64,000 nucleotides of DNA from Octopus vulgaris (GCA_951406725.2 OX597826.1:17484001-17548000), one strand, 5' to 3'; counted from the stretch's first letter, positions 12,240-26,150 are shown. Notes: generated from the letters alone by a model not told the origin. Program-made: numbers and translations.

Positions 12240-13512
12240 CCGTTCATTAAAAACGCTCATTAACGATTTCCCCTAACCTACTTCCGAAGGACTGGGATTA
12301 ACGAAACTTGGCATAAATATCAGTCCTTTTCTACATAGCCACCATCAATGGTGACACACTTCTCTTATCGCTTTGTGCAGTTGTGAAGACCTCGTCTGCA
12401 GAAGTCGGTAGGCAGCGTCTGGAAGTAAGTTCATCATCATCCGAAAAGTGCTGCTCCTTCTAAAAAGACTTCATGTTTGGAAAGAGGTGGAAGTCAGATA
12501 GTGTGAGGTCGGGAGAGGAAGGGGGATGAGGAAGGATTTCATAACCGCAAGAGTGTGCTTTCATCTGGGCAACACGTACATTGTGAATTGGGGCGTTGTC
12601 TTGGAGGAGGCAAACTCCTTTGGTCAGCATAGTACGCTTCTCTGCTTAGATGGCATCCCACAATTTCTGCAGCAGAGAAGCATAATAAGTGTAGTGCCCT
12701 TTCTCAGAAAATCCATCATCACTATTCTGCCCTGGTCCCAAAAGACTGTGAGCATCACCTTGCCTGCTGAGGGTTGGACATGAACCTTCTTTGGAGGTGG
12801 TGAGTTATCATACTTCCATTGCTTCGACTGGACTTCACTCTCAGGATCATAGTGATGGACCCATGTTTCATCTTGTGTGATAAGTCTGCCGAGAAAGTCC
12901 TCCTCGTTTTCTTTGCAGATAGCCAAAAGAGCCTGGGAGCAATTGACTCGTTCCTGCTTCTCAAAAGGTATGAGCATCCGGGGAATCCATCGTGCAGACA
13001 ACTTCCGCATGTGCAAATTGTCGAGAATGATTTTTTCCCACGGACCCTTCACTTATCTTCACTTCTTGGGCTAGTTGCCGAATAGTAATGCGGTGATCCT
13101 CCAAAATGGCAGCTTCCATTTTATGGATGGTGTTGTCATCAATGGCAGAATATGGTCATCCAGGAATAGAAGCAGCTTCCACCCATGTTCGACCACATTT
13201 GAACTGGCGATGCCAGTGCTTGACTACGTCGTGTGATGGTACATCGTCACCATAAACTTTTCATCTCTTCGAAAGTCTCTTTTGGTGTACGACCTTTCAA
13301 GTACAAGAACCTGATCACTCATCTACATTCAACTGCCTCCATTATAACACTTTATTCCCCTTCAAGAGCCGTAAAAGACAAACGAATACAGGGGGAAAGT
13401 TGAAATTTACAATGTGACATGTAGACACATGTATAGTTATATCTATACAGGTTCCGTTTCCTGCAATAACCGGAAGTTGGTCAGGGGAAATCTTTAATGA
13501 ACACCCCTTGTA
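12240..13512 (-). mobile_element. Near full-length degenerate mariner transposon
   Basis: TIRs (ttcattaa..gatttcccctaacc / ggtcaggggaaatctttaatgaacaccccttgTA). Motifs ARWIPRML, LITQDETWVHHYDPE, PSAGKVMLTVFWD and PPSSPDLTLSDFHLFPNMK with frameshifts. Confidence 0.95.
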
Positions 13513-13519
13513 AGTTGAC

Positions 13520-14090
13520 ACAATATTTTATGGCTGTCTCGTTGAATTTCGTATATTTATAACAAAGTTTATACTTTTTTATGAAATTATAGAAAGGAGA
13601 GATTGGGTTCCTCGCCAGGATGTTCTCTATGAGGCTGGAAGAATCAATGTGGTTTATGTTCAACTTAAATGTATGTTACGCAACGTCTTAGGAAGAATCG
13701 GGGAAAAAGCAGATAGAGTAAGGACCAGGATGGTTAGACACTGTAGTAGTAATAACAGAAGGAGTAATAACGTGTCGGGGAGTTAGTATGTAGGGAGCTT
13801 GTTCTGTGTAGTGAAAGCCGTTGTACTAGACATAAAATGGGAAATATAACGAGCGTTGTGCAATGAGGATTGCCAAGGAACATATTGCTAGATACTAGTT
13901 AAAGGAGAATTTTCTCTGAAAAAAATATATGTATATTTTGCCCGATCGAATATATCACATAATACAACTTTAACCAGTAAAACATGTATCCAGTAAAGCC
14001 AGTAGTTTTGGACAATATTCCTTAGCTCCAAATATTTTTCATTTTATGTTTAAGTTTATAGTCTCAGCATACATCGCATCAAAACTTTGA
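13520..14090 (-). mobile_element. Possible decayed Penelope-like remnant
   Basis: ORF 13481-13663 loosely resembles a PLE GIY-YIG C-terminal region. Confidence 0.3.
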
Positions 14091-14147
14091 AGGATCTGAT
14101 CTCAATATGGATGCGCCCTTAACATACTTCTCAGCTACTCTATACTC

Positions 14148-14350
14148 CGAGCTGGCAGAGACGTTAGCATGCCGGGCGAAATGTGTAACCGTATTTCGTC
14201 TGCCGCTACGTTCTGAGTTCAAATTCCGCTGAGGTCGACTATGCCTTTCCTTCTTTCGGGGTCGATAAATTAAGTACCAGTTACGCACTGAGGTCGATAT
14301 AATCGACTTAATCCGTTTGTCTGTCCTTGTTTGTCCCCTCTATGTTTAGA
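14148..14350 (+). mobile_element. SINE family A copy
   Basis: Same consensus as 7837. Confidence 0.9.
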
Positions 14351-14401
14351 AACATATACTCAGCCATCCACCCAACTTCTCACCCATAACGTACACATAC
14401 A

Positions 14402-14424
14402 TCTCTCTCCTCTCTCTCTCTCTC

Positions 14425-14466
<42 letters not shown>

Positions 14467-14494
14467 CTCACTCTCTCTCCTTCTCTCTCTCTCC

Positions 14495-14526
<32 letters not shown>

Positions 14527-14527
14527 T

Positions 14528-14601
<74 letters not shown>

Positions 14602-15268
14602 GCTAGCTATCTCGCACGCGCTCAATCATCCGAGAAGCAAATAACCGTAAAAGCACGAAAAACATTTTGAGTTCATTTTATAAAAAAGGTTAAAATTTTT
14701 AACATATTTTAAAATTTCAACCAAAAGAGAATGGAAAAGGTAAAAGAAAAAGGATCACGAGAAGGGAGCCAAAGAGAGTTGTTTTACTGATTTCGGTCAC
14801 TGGGCTGTAGCCATGCTGTGATGGCGGAGATGTGATAATGTCGGTGATTGCCAACGGTGTAGTGACAAAGTTAATGATGATAACATTATATGGTATATAT
14901 TATAAAAGCTATGATAGTGAAAACCATGAGAGCGTAAGACAGACATAAAGAAAGATATGCGAGTAGAAAATGAGAATAGTGAGAAATACATACACATACA
15001 TACATACACACATACATACATACATATCTATATACATACATACATACATATATACATACACGCATACATACATACATACATACATACACACACACACTCG
15101 CATACATGCATACATACACACACACATACATACATAAATACACACACATACACATATACTTACATACAGGCATACATACATACATGCATACATGCATACA
15201 TACATACATGCATACATACATACATACATACATGCATGCATGCATGCATACATACATACATACATACA

Positions 15269-15302
<34 letters not shown>

Positions 15303-15365
15303 CATACATACATACATACATACATACATGCATACATACATACATACATACATACCACACACACA
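14402..15365. repeat. (CT)n tract (14402-14600) and (TACA)n tract (14985-15365)
   Basis: Direct reading. Confidence 0.95.
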
Positions 15366-16412
15366 TTGTCTGACTGGAACTCCGTCGATTATGGCGACGA
15401 GGTTCCAGTTGATGCGATCAACGGAACAGCCTTACGACTAAGCCACGCACCTTCACTGTGTGTGGGGGTGAGTACAGAGTGATGCAGAATGGGGTGGTTA
15501 GGCTACAATAGTAGTAGTTGTGAAAATGAAATAAAAAATATTGAAACCATCCAAGGAAAGTAGTAATGTTCTGTATCAGCGAATAGTAAAAGACAAAGTT
15601 GAGGTATTGGAAGTATTTTGTTCGTTGTGGGAAGGAAGTGAAATTTAATGTTTTGGGAAGAACTCTTTATTAGAAAAGCGGAAATGTCTGCTCATATTTG
15701 TAGGATAAGTAAATTTAGAATAGAAAGAATGAGAAAAGATATGAGTGATCCACGTTGTGGCAAAATGTAACTGTCAATGACTGATTCTATCACCTTTGAG
15801 ATATTGAAAGTAAGAGAACTGAGTTATAACTGGCGACATCTGAGTAGTTTCCACTTTGGAAAAATTCGGATGGATGCCTTTAGAAAGACAAATTGAAGGA
15901 TCTGGCGAATAAAAAGAAATAGAAGAGAGATAGTAATTTTATTAGTTTAAAGCAACGCAGGGGTAAATTCGCAATTGGAGCATATGCGTACGCATTGATG
16001 TGTCTGGTTGAGTTTTATCCACAATGCGCAATGTTGAGTTAGAAGTGAAGCAGGGTTACTTCCAGAGAGTACTGCTTTCAGAACCATTGTGTTTAGAAGT
16101 GGCGGAAAGGATGCTTTCAGAAAATTGACAGAGATTCGCTGGAGAAGGGAGAGTAATTGCTGAAGCTGGGTAGCTTGAATACAGAGAGGCATCGTCTGCA
16201 TTTCGGATTTTGGTCTGGCAATAGTTGCAGTCGCATTTCCAGTTGTTGGTAAATACACTTTATAGTGAGTGATTTATTTTTCAAACACTGTTGGCTGTGT
16301 TTTTACAAGCTGTCTCAGCTAGGTGGAGGGTGAAGCGCAAACGCTGCCAGGGATAGTTATCTTAGAACTGACAGAGTTCCAGCCTGTTCGTGTAACTGTT
16401 TATTCGTCAATA

Positions 16413-16644
16413 AGGCGGCGAGCTGGCAGAATCGTTAGCGCACCGGGCGAAATGCGCAGCCGTATTTCGTCTGTCGTTACGTTGTGAGTTCAAATTCCGC
16501 CGAGGTCGACTTTGCCTTTCATCCTTTCGGGGTCGATAAATTAAGTACCAGTTACGCACTGGGGTCGATGTAATCGACTTAATACCTATGTCTGTCCTTG
16601 TTTGTCCCTTCTATGTTTAGCCCCTTGTGGGTAATAAAGAAATA
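16413..16644 (+). mobile_element. SINE family A, full-length with 14-bp TSD
   Basis: TSD tgtttattcgtcaa at 16397-16410 and 16645-16658. Confidence 0.95.
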
Positions 16645-17129
16645 TGTTTATTCGTCAAAGGTGTATGTAGAGAACTAAAATTAAAGTTACAAAAGACGAT
16701 TCGGCACAAGAAACATCCGTGTGGAATGAATGTGAGAGCCAGTGAGAGCTGTGAACAGTGAAGTCACAGAGAACGATAAGTTTAAAGGCAGATAAAGTAA
16801 GAATAGATATAGTCGATGAGTCATTGGTTATTGAAGAGGTTTGGAGAACGATAGAAGATATATTTTCTCGGAATGCGTATCAAGGATTCTAATTCGGGTT
16901 TTGAAATGCAAACTCAGAAAAAGAATATCGACATAAATTTTGTTTTATAGATAGTGTCAAGAACAATTGATTTTATAAATCGAATAATCTCCTCGAAATA
17001 TTTTTTATGCAAAAGAGAATAAATGTATTACAAACTTTTGTTTTATTCTGTAGAGTTAATCACATTTATGAAATGTTCAATAACATTTTGTATAAGGCAA
17101 GGAAAGACAGGTCTCCGGAATAATTGTTA

Positions 17130-17990
17130 TACACGGTGTCTTACAATGTTAGGGTGTATTTCATTTGCTATTAACAAGATTCTGGGGACTCACCTGTCTT
17201 TAAATATTCTGTATTTCAAATGTCGGTCTTTGGAGTTAGTTTTGTTTATCTTTTCCAAGTCATTAGTGTTTGGACTTTTTAATCCTTAATGATGTCGTCG
17301 TGGACACCATTAGAACTTGCATTCGTTGTGAAAGCACACTTCACCAGTGAAGATTCCATTGCTACACGACAAAGACGAGTTCAACATTTTCAGAAGCGGC
17401 AGGCACCGTCCCGTGAGGTGATCCTATCTGCTCCTACAGCGCCAACGCCAACAAGAAACCATTCACCTCGAACGTCCGGCACTGCAATGAATACTGAACG
17501 CATATTCCATTGAACAAAGTCCTCGTAGATCTATCCGTCAATTGATCCAACAGGTGATTACATTACTTGTAAGAAAAAAAAAGACTTGATACTATATCCT
17601 TATACGGTAGAAATGGTGCAACAGTTGCTCCCAGCAGATGGCCTCACAGAGTAACATTTAATGAAGGGTTTATCAACAAGTGCAGAGGAAAATGATTTTG
17701 TGCAGCCCCTGCTCACATTTTCTGCAGCTCATTTTCACTTCTTCAGTTATGTAAATAACTCTAGATTTTAGATTAAAGGAAATGCACAGGCCTTACATGG
17801 AAAGCACGCGCTCAGTGCCTTGGTCACAGTGTGATGTGCCATGATTCATGCTTGTTTGACTGATCCTATTTGGAGAACGGACGTTGTATAGCCGTCATTG
17901 AGACAGCTGTGTGCCACAAACATCTTGCAATTCTTGAATTGCAGCGAGTTGGTCTTACATAAATGAAATGATACTAGTTATATGGCACAA
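17130..17990 (+). mobile_element. Decayed Tc1/mariner-superfamily transposase (DUF4817-type N-terminal HTH)
   Basis: MSSWTPLELAFVVKAHF...SIAT, DL.LYPYTVEMVQQLLPAD, AHFHF..YVN and VTV*CAM motifs. Confidence 0.75.
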
Positions 17991-18324
17991 CTGTTACTGG
18001 CAACCCAAAGCCACTCTACCAAAGCCACTCTACCAAAGCCACTCACCATGTTTTGGTCGGTACAAGGCTATAGTAGAAGACTCTTCATTCCAAACATAAT
18101 TTGGGATGAAGTTTTAGTTTCTGTATAGTTGATACAAATGTAACAATAATTACGAATGATTGTTTTACAAAAGTATAATAGAATCCATGTTTTACGGAGT
18201 TATTTACTATCTTTGTCATTGAAAGATGGCAGGAAAAGATTGAATCTCTCTGGAATCGTTGAGGTTTTTAAATAATTGCAGCTTTTGTTTGGTACTTAAA
18301 AATTAAGTACTGTCCTGAGAATTC

Positions 18325-18548
18325 ATGGAACTGGTCATCCAGTATCCATGGCGAATAAGTGACCGAAATCAAACTATTCCCTCAGAACGGAGCGCCACTC
18401 CGTCGCAGAGTTATTCATTTTGCAACTAAGTTGACCGGAGATGTGTAAAATGCAGTGTTTTACTCCAGAACACAACGCCTACTCCTGGAATTGAAAGCAC
18501 GTTCTTGCGATCGTGAGTGCAACATCCTAACTCCAAGGCCACGCACCT
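18325..18548 (-). mobile_element. tRNA-derived SINE family D (V-domain-like), diverged
   Basis: Reverse complement is homologous to 33345-33575. Confidence 0.65.
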
Positions 18549-19403
18549 TGAGACAAGGACACACTACTTATGGAAAGTAGAAGAGAGTGCCGATTAAATC
18601 GACTACAGTATTTCACCGATATTTCAATTTTGCGGCATTCCAACGGTAGTTCAGCACTGAGAAGGGGTTTCGTCCTCTGTGCAACCGATTCGGCTCTCCT
18701 TCACTGTTAATACCGATAATTATGATAATGATTTCTTTCACTGATACAGAGCTACTCATACAAATATTGCTATTGCTTGTTCTCAATACACCAAGCAAAC
18801 GAGTAATCAAAGACCTTCCAGCTGTGACCAGCCTATTTAAAGAATATCTGGAAGTATATCACCACAAAGAGGCGGGGGATGTTTTGAGAAGATTATTTCT
18901 GATAGGCCAATAATGGATCATGTGCAGCCTAATTCGTTGCATCTAAATGATGCAACAATTGATATGATGATATGATGCTAAACAACAATGCAACATGTAT
19001 TTATTTCTATCGATCTTTGATCACGAAGGATGAAGATAAAGTCGGCCACGACTGGTTTCCAACTTAAAACGATATTAAATTTTGCAGTGCATTTTGGTGA
19101 AACCTACCGCCAAGCAATTCTTCGATTTTTAACTGATTTTTAGCAACAACAACAGCAGAAACAATAGCAACAATCATAATATTAATTCTTTGTAATAAAG
19201 CCACAAGGCCCGAAATCTGGCAGAGGAGGAAGTCGATGTCATTGACCCCAGTACTTGACTGGTACTTTACTTTATCGATCCCAAAAGTATGAAAGGCAAG
19301 GTTGATCTCAGAGAGACTTGAACTCAGAAAGAACATAGAAGGGAAGAAATGCCACAAGATATATTTTCTAGCACGTTTTTACGTTTCCACCAGCTCACCA
19401 CTA

Positions 19404-19468
<65 letters not shown>

Positions 19469-20129
19469 AGACTGATACTGCTTTTTGTTTACTCTACATA
19501 TCACAAAATAAGCTGCTACCACACCGGTTCTTATTTATAATGTACGTACCAAATATTAAAATTTGAAAATCCATAAATGAGTAAAACTTATAGTAATTGA
19601 TACTAATTTCTATGCTAATTTTTTCTCTCATTTTCCAAGATTTCTGCAAAATTTTTCCCATCGTTTTCATCCAAATTAGTTGACATCCAGTGTCCGATAT
19701 ATCATGAAACAAATTGTGTAATATGAAAGGTGCAAACTGGAAAGGATACAAATTATACAGATTAGTATATGAATTCTTAATCAGATGTAAAACAGACACA
19801 AGTTGAAACACAAACAAGAGAACAGTGAATAATTACAGGAAATGAAATATACATTGAAATACAGGCCGAGGAAAATACCCAGGGACGCCTGCTGCATGAA
19901 AGGGCACTAATAAATTAAACGGTCAAGTACGCTAACGTTTAGGTTAATATAAGTTATGTTGCGTTAAGCGAGTGAAGAAAGGTGAGAAAAGTTAGATAAA
20001 ATGTGTGGTGGTATATGATATATAAAGTGATGAAAGGGGATGAGAACAAAAAGTACCGAAAATTAGAGTACGTTGTATGCAACTTTCGTCAACTTGGCTT
20101 TAGTGTTTTGATTATATGAATGATGATAA

Positions 20130-20345
20130 AGCGACGAACTGGCAGACTCGTTAGCATGCCGGACTAAATGCTTAGCGACATGTCGTCCGTCTTTTCATTG
20201 AGTTCAAATTCCACCGAGGTCGACTTTACCTTTCATCCTTTCTGGGTCCGTAAAATAAGCATCAGTTGAACACTGTGGTCGATGTAATCAACTTGCGCTC
20301 CCTTCTTCCGACCTTGCCGGCCTTGTGCCAAAATTTGAAATCAGT
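20130..20345 (+). mobile_element. SINE family A, diverged copy (another at 19200-19400, -)
   Basis: gcgacgaactggcagactcgttagc...gagttcaaattccaccgaggtcgactttacctttcatcc. Confidence 0.8.
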
Positions 20346-22069
20346 ATTTTAATAATGATATAACAGGATAATATATAAGATAGATAAGGAGCAACCTAGA
20401 GAGAGAGGAGGAGTGAGAGGTAAAAGGTGACAGAAACTGCGTACTGTGTGTGAGATAGAGACCAGGTGAGTTAAAGGTGAGGTAAGAGGTAATGAGTTGT
20501 AATCTGAAATATATAGTATACTGTATGTAACATAGGTGGGTCGAATAATAAGAATAAACTGTGAAAGAAGCTTGTGATGTGTGTATAACGGATAGAATGA
20601 TCTACAGAGAGAAATAGAAAAGCAGAATCCGATAAATTATAAACAGATTGTATTGTATGTAGGTTACAGTATGTGTGAATATACTACGTGTGTTTAGCAT
20701 TGTGACCATTAGATAAATCTATGTTGTAAGTACGATAGATACATAATGAGATATAGAGCAGGAATGTAAAGGAGTGGTTTGGATTGATTGTGAAATAATC
20801 TCTTTTCTGTATACAAGGCTGTGACATGGAAACTTCGAGAATGAGTGAAATAAATAGTGGATTAATTTTGTAGTGTTGATTATACGTTGAATTAAAATTT
20901 TGGTACAAGACTAGCAATTTCGGTGGTGAGTCGATTACATCGACCCCAATACTCGGCGTGCTAACGACTCTCACCGTCTTAGTGTTGATAGCACATTAAA
21001 AGAAATTATTTTATAAAATTTGTCTCGAAGAGGCTGAGTGCTACAATATAGTATTTTCTTTCTCATGAAAATTGTCAGCTTTATATCTATCAATTACAGC
21101 AGCAATCAACTGTTAGTGAGAGATGAATATAACTTGGTTGACTTAATACGTTGCAGTAAAGAAAACATTTTGTCAAGGGATTATATTCATAGAAGATAAT
21201 ACAGAGTAGCGTCCCTTGACATGGAAATTCAAGTATAATCAACCTTTTCTTGAATTTTCTTCGTTTTACTTCGCTTTTTTTTTTTTGTATTTGCTTTAAA
21301 AAAATTCGAAAAAGAATACGAGAAAGTGAAAAAAGAAAGAATTCAGGAGAATAATAAGCACTTTTTTAACTACATATCGCACACTAGTGTTTCCCTCTTA
21401 AAATAAAAAGCGAAAGAACCAACCCAATCCAGTTACGATATCACGAGTAACTGTGAAAAGCGGGACTTTGGAACAGCCAAGTACCCTCACAGACATTAAC
21501 TGGTACTTTAGTGAGACGAGATGTTAACGAAGCCAAGAACACCTTGTCAGCAGTCTATCTTCCATGGACGTTTCCATTATTACTGTTTGGAAAATGTAAT
21601 TTAACAAATTACAATTTCAGGTTATCAGTGATTGCAATTTTTTGTCGTTTTTATTTTTCCTATCTTTCACCTTTTATTATATCAGTTTATTTACCGATTA
21701 TAACTGCAAGTTTAGCCTTACTAATCTTGCAGCACTGCTACGATGTGTCCTCCTCAAGCTGTCTCTACCACTACAGCCATAGCGCAGGGTCTCTTCTCCT
21801 TAGACTTTTCGCAAGAACAATTATTTTAAAAGCCTTTTGCAACTAACTAATTAATAAAACAAAAGAAATATTGATTTATTTTCCAATATCTATTTATTTT
21901 TAAAATATGTCGCTTCAATTTTATTTGCTTTCTCGAGCCTTATATTAGCGATTACAATACCAGTAAGTTTATGCGATGGTATGTGTTTACACATTTCAAT
22001 ATATCCAGTTCTACTGCAGGTCAACAAACTCACCGTCAATAATAGGCTGGTTTCGTTTAATCAACTATA

Positions 22070-22450
22070 TAGGCACAGGTGTGACTGTGTGGTTAGAAGC
22101 TTGCTTCCCAACCACATGGTTCTGGGTTCTATTATAGCCTCGGGCCGACCAAAGCCTTGTGAGTGGATTTGGTTGACGAAAACTGAAAGAAGCCCGTTGT
22201 ATAAGTGCGCGCGCGCGTGTGTATGTGTGTCTCTGTGTGTGTCCTACCACAGCTTGACAACTGGTGTTGGTGTGTTTACGTCTCGTAACTTAGCGGTTCG
22301 GCGACAGAAAACTGATAGAATGAGTACCGGGCTTTAAAAAAGGTTAAATAAATAAGTACTGGGTCGATTCGTTTGACTAAAAATTTTTCAAGGCGGTGCC
22401 CCAGCATGAGCGCACACTAATGACAAAAACAAGAAAAAGATAAAAGATAT
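22070..22450 (+). mobile_element. SINE family B, diverged copy
   Basis: Head, central (TG)n and 3' taaaaga tail match family B. Confidence 0.85.
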
Positions 22451-22524
22451 ATCTTTACATGGCTCTACACCAAAACAACGAATTTAAATGCTTTATCTCT
22501 TCTTTCCAAAACCTCTATTAGTAT

Positions 22525-22905
22525 AACTAACAGAAAAACCGCTCTCCGAGCGGACTTCTGCTAGACCTTTGATAATATTTTCACATTTGATTCCCAATTC
22601 AAATAATTTTTATATTTTATGTCTAAATATTTCTTTGTATAATAGTTCTCGCTTGTTTAGTAAATATTGCTTTCATTATTTTATCACAGTTATAATTTCT
22701 CTTTTTTAAACAAACATCACGGTAATGATAGGCGCAGGAGTGGCTGTGTGGTAAGTAGCTTGCTAACCAACCACATGGTTGCGGGTTCAGTCCCACTACG
22801 TGGCATCTTGGGCAAGTATCTTCTGCTATAGCCTCGGGTCGACCAATGCCTTGTAAGTGGATTTGGTAGACGGACGGAAACTGAAAGAAGCCTGTCGTAT
22901 ATATG

Positions 22906-22961
<56 letters not shown>

Positions 22962-23220
22962 TGTGTTTGTCCCCCTAGCATTGCTTGACAACCGATGCTG
23001 GTGTGTTTACGTCCCCGTCACTTAGCGGTTCGGCAAAAAAGACCGATAGAATAAGTACTGGACTTACAAAGAATAAGTCCCGGGGTCGATTTGATCGACT
23101 AAAGGCGGTGCTCCAGCATGGCCGCAGTCAAATGACTGAAACAAGTAAAAAGAGTAAAAGAGTAAAGAGTAATCCAACAACTCAGCGGGAGAAGCAGTTT
23201 GTCAAGTTTTACCCCTCAAA
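22525..23220 (+). mobile_element. Non-autonomous Helitron-like element interrupted by SINE B (22729-23168); uninterrupted paralogue at 27165-27410
   Basis: Starts actaacagaaaaaccgctctccgagcgg (hairpin). The paralogue reads cacggtaatccaacaac contiguously, whereas here gtaat is duplicated around the SINE. Confidence 0.7.
22729..23168 (+). mobile_element. SINE family B, full-length
   Basis: tRNA-like head, CORE-like ggcatcttgggcaag, internal (TA)n(TG)n and (gagtaaaa)n tail. Confidence 0.95.
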
Positions 23221-23477
23221 TCAACATAGAGATTTCAATTCAGCAGCCCATCTGTATGCTTTGCAGTGTGTGTGTGTGTGTGTGTGTGATAGAGAGAGAG
23301 ACAGACAGAGAGACAGACAGGCAGAGAGACAGACAGGCAGGCAGACACACACACACACACACACACGGAACATTGCCATCAATGAATGAAATAAACATGA
23401 AATGAAAAAATCGTATAAATAAAAGGGCATTCTTTTCTACTCTGAGTACAAGGCCCGAAATTTTTTAGGAGTGGGGG

Positions 23478-23994
23478 GATCCTAACTCTAACCCTAAATC
23501 TAAAATAGATTGAAATGCAATAGATCGATACTAGGATTATAATTATGGGTGACAATTTCATACGACACCACAACGGAAAATGGGATTTTTTTCTAGCGGT
23601 GTCAAATGAAAATGTCACCCATAATTATAACCCTAGTATCGATCTATTGCATTTCAATCTATTTTAGAGTTAGGGTTAGTTAGGGTTAGGGTTAGGGGTT
23701 GGGGGAGGGCATCTTTTTTTCTTCACAAATGTAAATAAACCCAATCTGTTTCTTAAACGAGGGACATATTCATTATGCACAGAATGTTATTTACCTAAAT
23801 GGACTCCAGTGATTGGTTAAAATTGCCGAAATGCAAGTAATTTCAGACGAAATATCTTACAAACTATAGAATTTTCTCAATAAAGTCAAGAGAAAATGAT
23901 GTTTTATAAACACATTCTACCAGTATACGAAGTTTAAAACATTTTAGTTACCTAGAAATTATGTTACAAAGTGCCGTTCAAAAGGAAAAGATCC
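23478..23994 (-). mobile_element. Merlin-like MITE, one end replaced by a foldback
   Basis: Homologous in reverse orientation to 38379-38813. Retains TIR gccgttcaaa.ggaaaagatcc and internal TTAGGG repeats. Confidence 0.8.
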
Positions 23995-24729
23995 TTATAA
24001 AAATATTTCCAGGCAGTCAACCCTTTAATAATTGCTTTCTTTTAGTACTTTTAGTAATTGTTAGATAACTAATTAATAAACAGCTTCCGCCATTATAGTA
24101 TAAATGTGCTTTATATATATCCTTAAATGTTCTTTTTGTATTTCGTCAATTGAATAGCTGTTTTTGTAAAAAAATCTAGTTCAAGCCTGAATGTATGGGA
24201 ATTCAAAGCCGACATATTTCCTGTTTTATAAGTGATACATTTTAAACTGTTCCTACATTATTTTATTGACTGTATTTGAGAGAAGTCGTTTTATATTCTA
24301 ATTTGTCTTATAAATTATCGGGGTTTTAACTGAAGCTATTATTAGACTTGTTTGTTGGAGTATCAAAAACAATACCCACATGTGATACTTTAAAGACAAG
24401 GATATCACAGGACTACGGTTATTGGTCCAATCTTCAAGTAAAAAGATAAGACTTCTTCAATCTAAGAAGTAATCATATCCCGGATATTTCCGGAGAACCA
24501 CACAATTGACTGTGTCCTTCTCGTTTATTTAGCTGGACATGAATTCCACTAATGTTTCTAAAAATGGTGTGAAATCAGGAACTAGGAAAATCCGGTTTGA
24601 AAGCAATATTTAGCAGAAAATACTTAATTTCATCGGAATTTCCTACTTGAAGATGCTGATGACGTAAATACCTCGAAAAACAGAGTAAGCATTGAAGATG
24701 AGTGATGATGGAGCGGTTTCTATAGAAAG

Positions 24730-24945
24730 TTGGTGGCAGCGGCGGCGGCGGCGGTGGCGGTGGTGGTGGTGGTGGTGGTGGTGGTGGTGGTGGCGGCGGC
24801 GGCGGTGGTGGTCGTCGTCGTGGACGTGGTCGTGGTTGTGGTGGCGGCGGTGGTGGTGGTTGTGGTGGCGGCGGTGGTGGTGGTTGGTGGTGGTGGTGGT
24901 GGTGGTGGTGGTGGTGGTGGTGGTGGTGGTGGTGGTGGTGGTGGT
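24730..24945. repeat. (GGT/GGC)n trinucleotide tract
   Basis: Direct reading. It is the source of the poly-V/G/P/T ORFs. Confidence 0.97.
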
Positions 24946-25251
24946 GAAGAGGACATTACTAATTTTAGCATTTACAATAGCCTACGGACAAACAACGGAG
25001 TTTTAGTTCAGCTTTTAACAACATAAGTTTTAATAAATACACATTTTCCGGTTCCGGTCTTATTTAACTCAATGTCTGTCTACTGCCTATCTTTTTGGCT
25101 ATCTAAATATGTGTTGAAAAATCCGCCAGTTTAAATTTTCTCTGCTCTCTTTGCCTAATTATATATCTGTTCATCTATCGATCTCTCTACGTTGCTGATC
25201 ACATACATACATACATACATACATACATACATACATACATACATACATACA

Positions 25252-25283
<32 letters not shown>

Positions 25284-25390
25284 CGAGTGTTTGTGTATCC
25301 GTGTATATATATATATATTGTATAGATAAATTTCCTCTATTTACATAATATTGAGGTCTCTTTCTTTCTTTTGTTATCTTACCGTTTTAT

Positions 25391-25461
<71 letters not shown>

Positions 25462-25601
25462 CAAATTAGGGTATCTACGAGATACCACCATGCTGAAGAT
25501 AGCAGCCATGATCGGACTCTAAAACCACCTTAATTGGCCATATCGCAAATACGGAGAGAAAACAAAGAGACAAGATGAAGCTAGTAAATAATTACTGGAT
25601 A

Positions 25602-25660
25602 ATTCTAGATCCTGGATTTCTGACTTTGCATTTAAGAATGCTTTGCCTCGTCAGTAGAAT
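25602..25660 (-). ncRNA. Type I hammerhead ribozyme-like motif (Penelope-associated)
   Basis: Minus strand ATTCTA-CTGACGA-GGC aaa GCATT ctta AATGC aaa GTC a-GAAA-TCCAGGA-TC-TAGAAT has a 6-bp stem I, canonical CUGANGA/GAAA core, AUC site and a near-palindromic stem III. Confidence 0.7.
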
Positions 25661-26150
25661 ACACACAGAAAAGACACATAAATACATACACATATAAATA
25701 CAACATACGAATACTTACATATATGAACATATATATATATACATATAGAGAGAGAGAGAGGCGGAGGGAGGGGTTATGTATGTATGTATTATGTATGTAT
25801 GCATATATATGTGTGTGGGTGTAGGTGTGTGGGTGTGTCTGTCTGTCTGTCTGTATGTATGTATGTATGTATGTATATGTAAGTGTGTATGTATAAGTTA
25901 GCAAACAAAAGAAGAGCATTCAATATATGATTTAGAGTTTATATTTGTTGGATATCAGTTACTGACTAACTCAGTTGACACCCGAGTTTCACGCACTAAA
26001 GTAGTGCATTCAGTCAATCAATGCATGGTAAATAAAGCTATGTTCACAACACGCTCATTCTCTCTAGTCAAGGTGGATCATGTGAATGAATATGTATAGC
26101 TCACTAGACTGCTAATATATAAGGGTTCGTGATATTCGTTATATCTGGAA

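Noticed and set aside
24655-24695. Hammerhead-like ctgatga...cgaaa
   Set aside because: Stems II and III do not pair convincingly; at best a decayed relic.
24692-25026. Poly-Val/Gly/Pro/Thr/Trp ORFs
   Set aside because: A simple (GGT/GGC)n repeat with no flanking coding context.
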